A stretch of DNA of 64,000 nt from a virus, in the IMG/VR virus record IMGVR_UViG_3300020438_000014, positions 1 through 64,000 of that record. One strand, written 5' to 3'. The notes under the pieces were generated by a model, which searched no databases, was not told the DNA's origin, and saw nothing but the letters and a program-made list of their open reading frames with translations. The position numbers and the translations under genes were made by a program. Positions within the stretch are counted from its first letter, which is position 1, and every line of letters starts with the position of its first letter. Shown in pieces: positions 63,959 to 64,000 of this stretch.

Positions 63959-64000
63959 ATGGCTATAAACTTAGACGTACACGGCAATACTCAGCCGCTC
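63959..64000 (+). CDS. start of next gene, possibly tape measure (truncated)
   Basis: MAINLDVHGNTQPL after GTGTAT and AAGGT. Confidence 0.35.
   Translation, partial: MAINLDVHGNTQPL

Overview
The window is part of a large, AT-rich tailed dsDNA phage genome; the host cannot be assigned from sequence alone. From 1 to 31 kb there is an early/accessory region of dense, small minus-strand genes. Many have their own sigma70-type promoter placed so that the mRNA is leaderless. This region also holds six GC-core intergenic cassettes, two non-coding RNA loci, DNA ligase, rIIA/rIIB, a glycosylase, a mini-kinase, SprT and UvsE. From 31 to 49 kb are nucleotide metabolism, recombination and auxiliary genes (ppa, macrodomain, three glycosyltransferases, dut, dCMP deaminase, RuvB, citrate-synthase-like, GNAT, guaC), plus tRNA-Thr and a complete tmRNA. 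From 49 to 64 kb are tail and neck genes preceded by a GTGTA late-promoter-like motif. The best candidate for a new system is at 30.6-32.0 kb: an IS110/TasR-like DEDD RuvC protein followed directly by three stem-loop units, each with two variable 6-mers between conserved boxes, which looks like a TIGR/bridge-RNA-like RNA-guided module. Also notable is a promoter-driven tRNA-like RNA whose anticodon loop is replaced by a branched domain (1164-1281). The supplied ORF track gives the wrong strand for 57182..58300; it is on +. All protein calls come from motif recognition by eye, with no database search.
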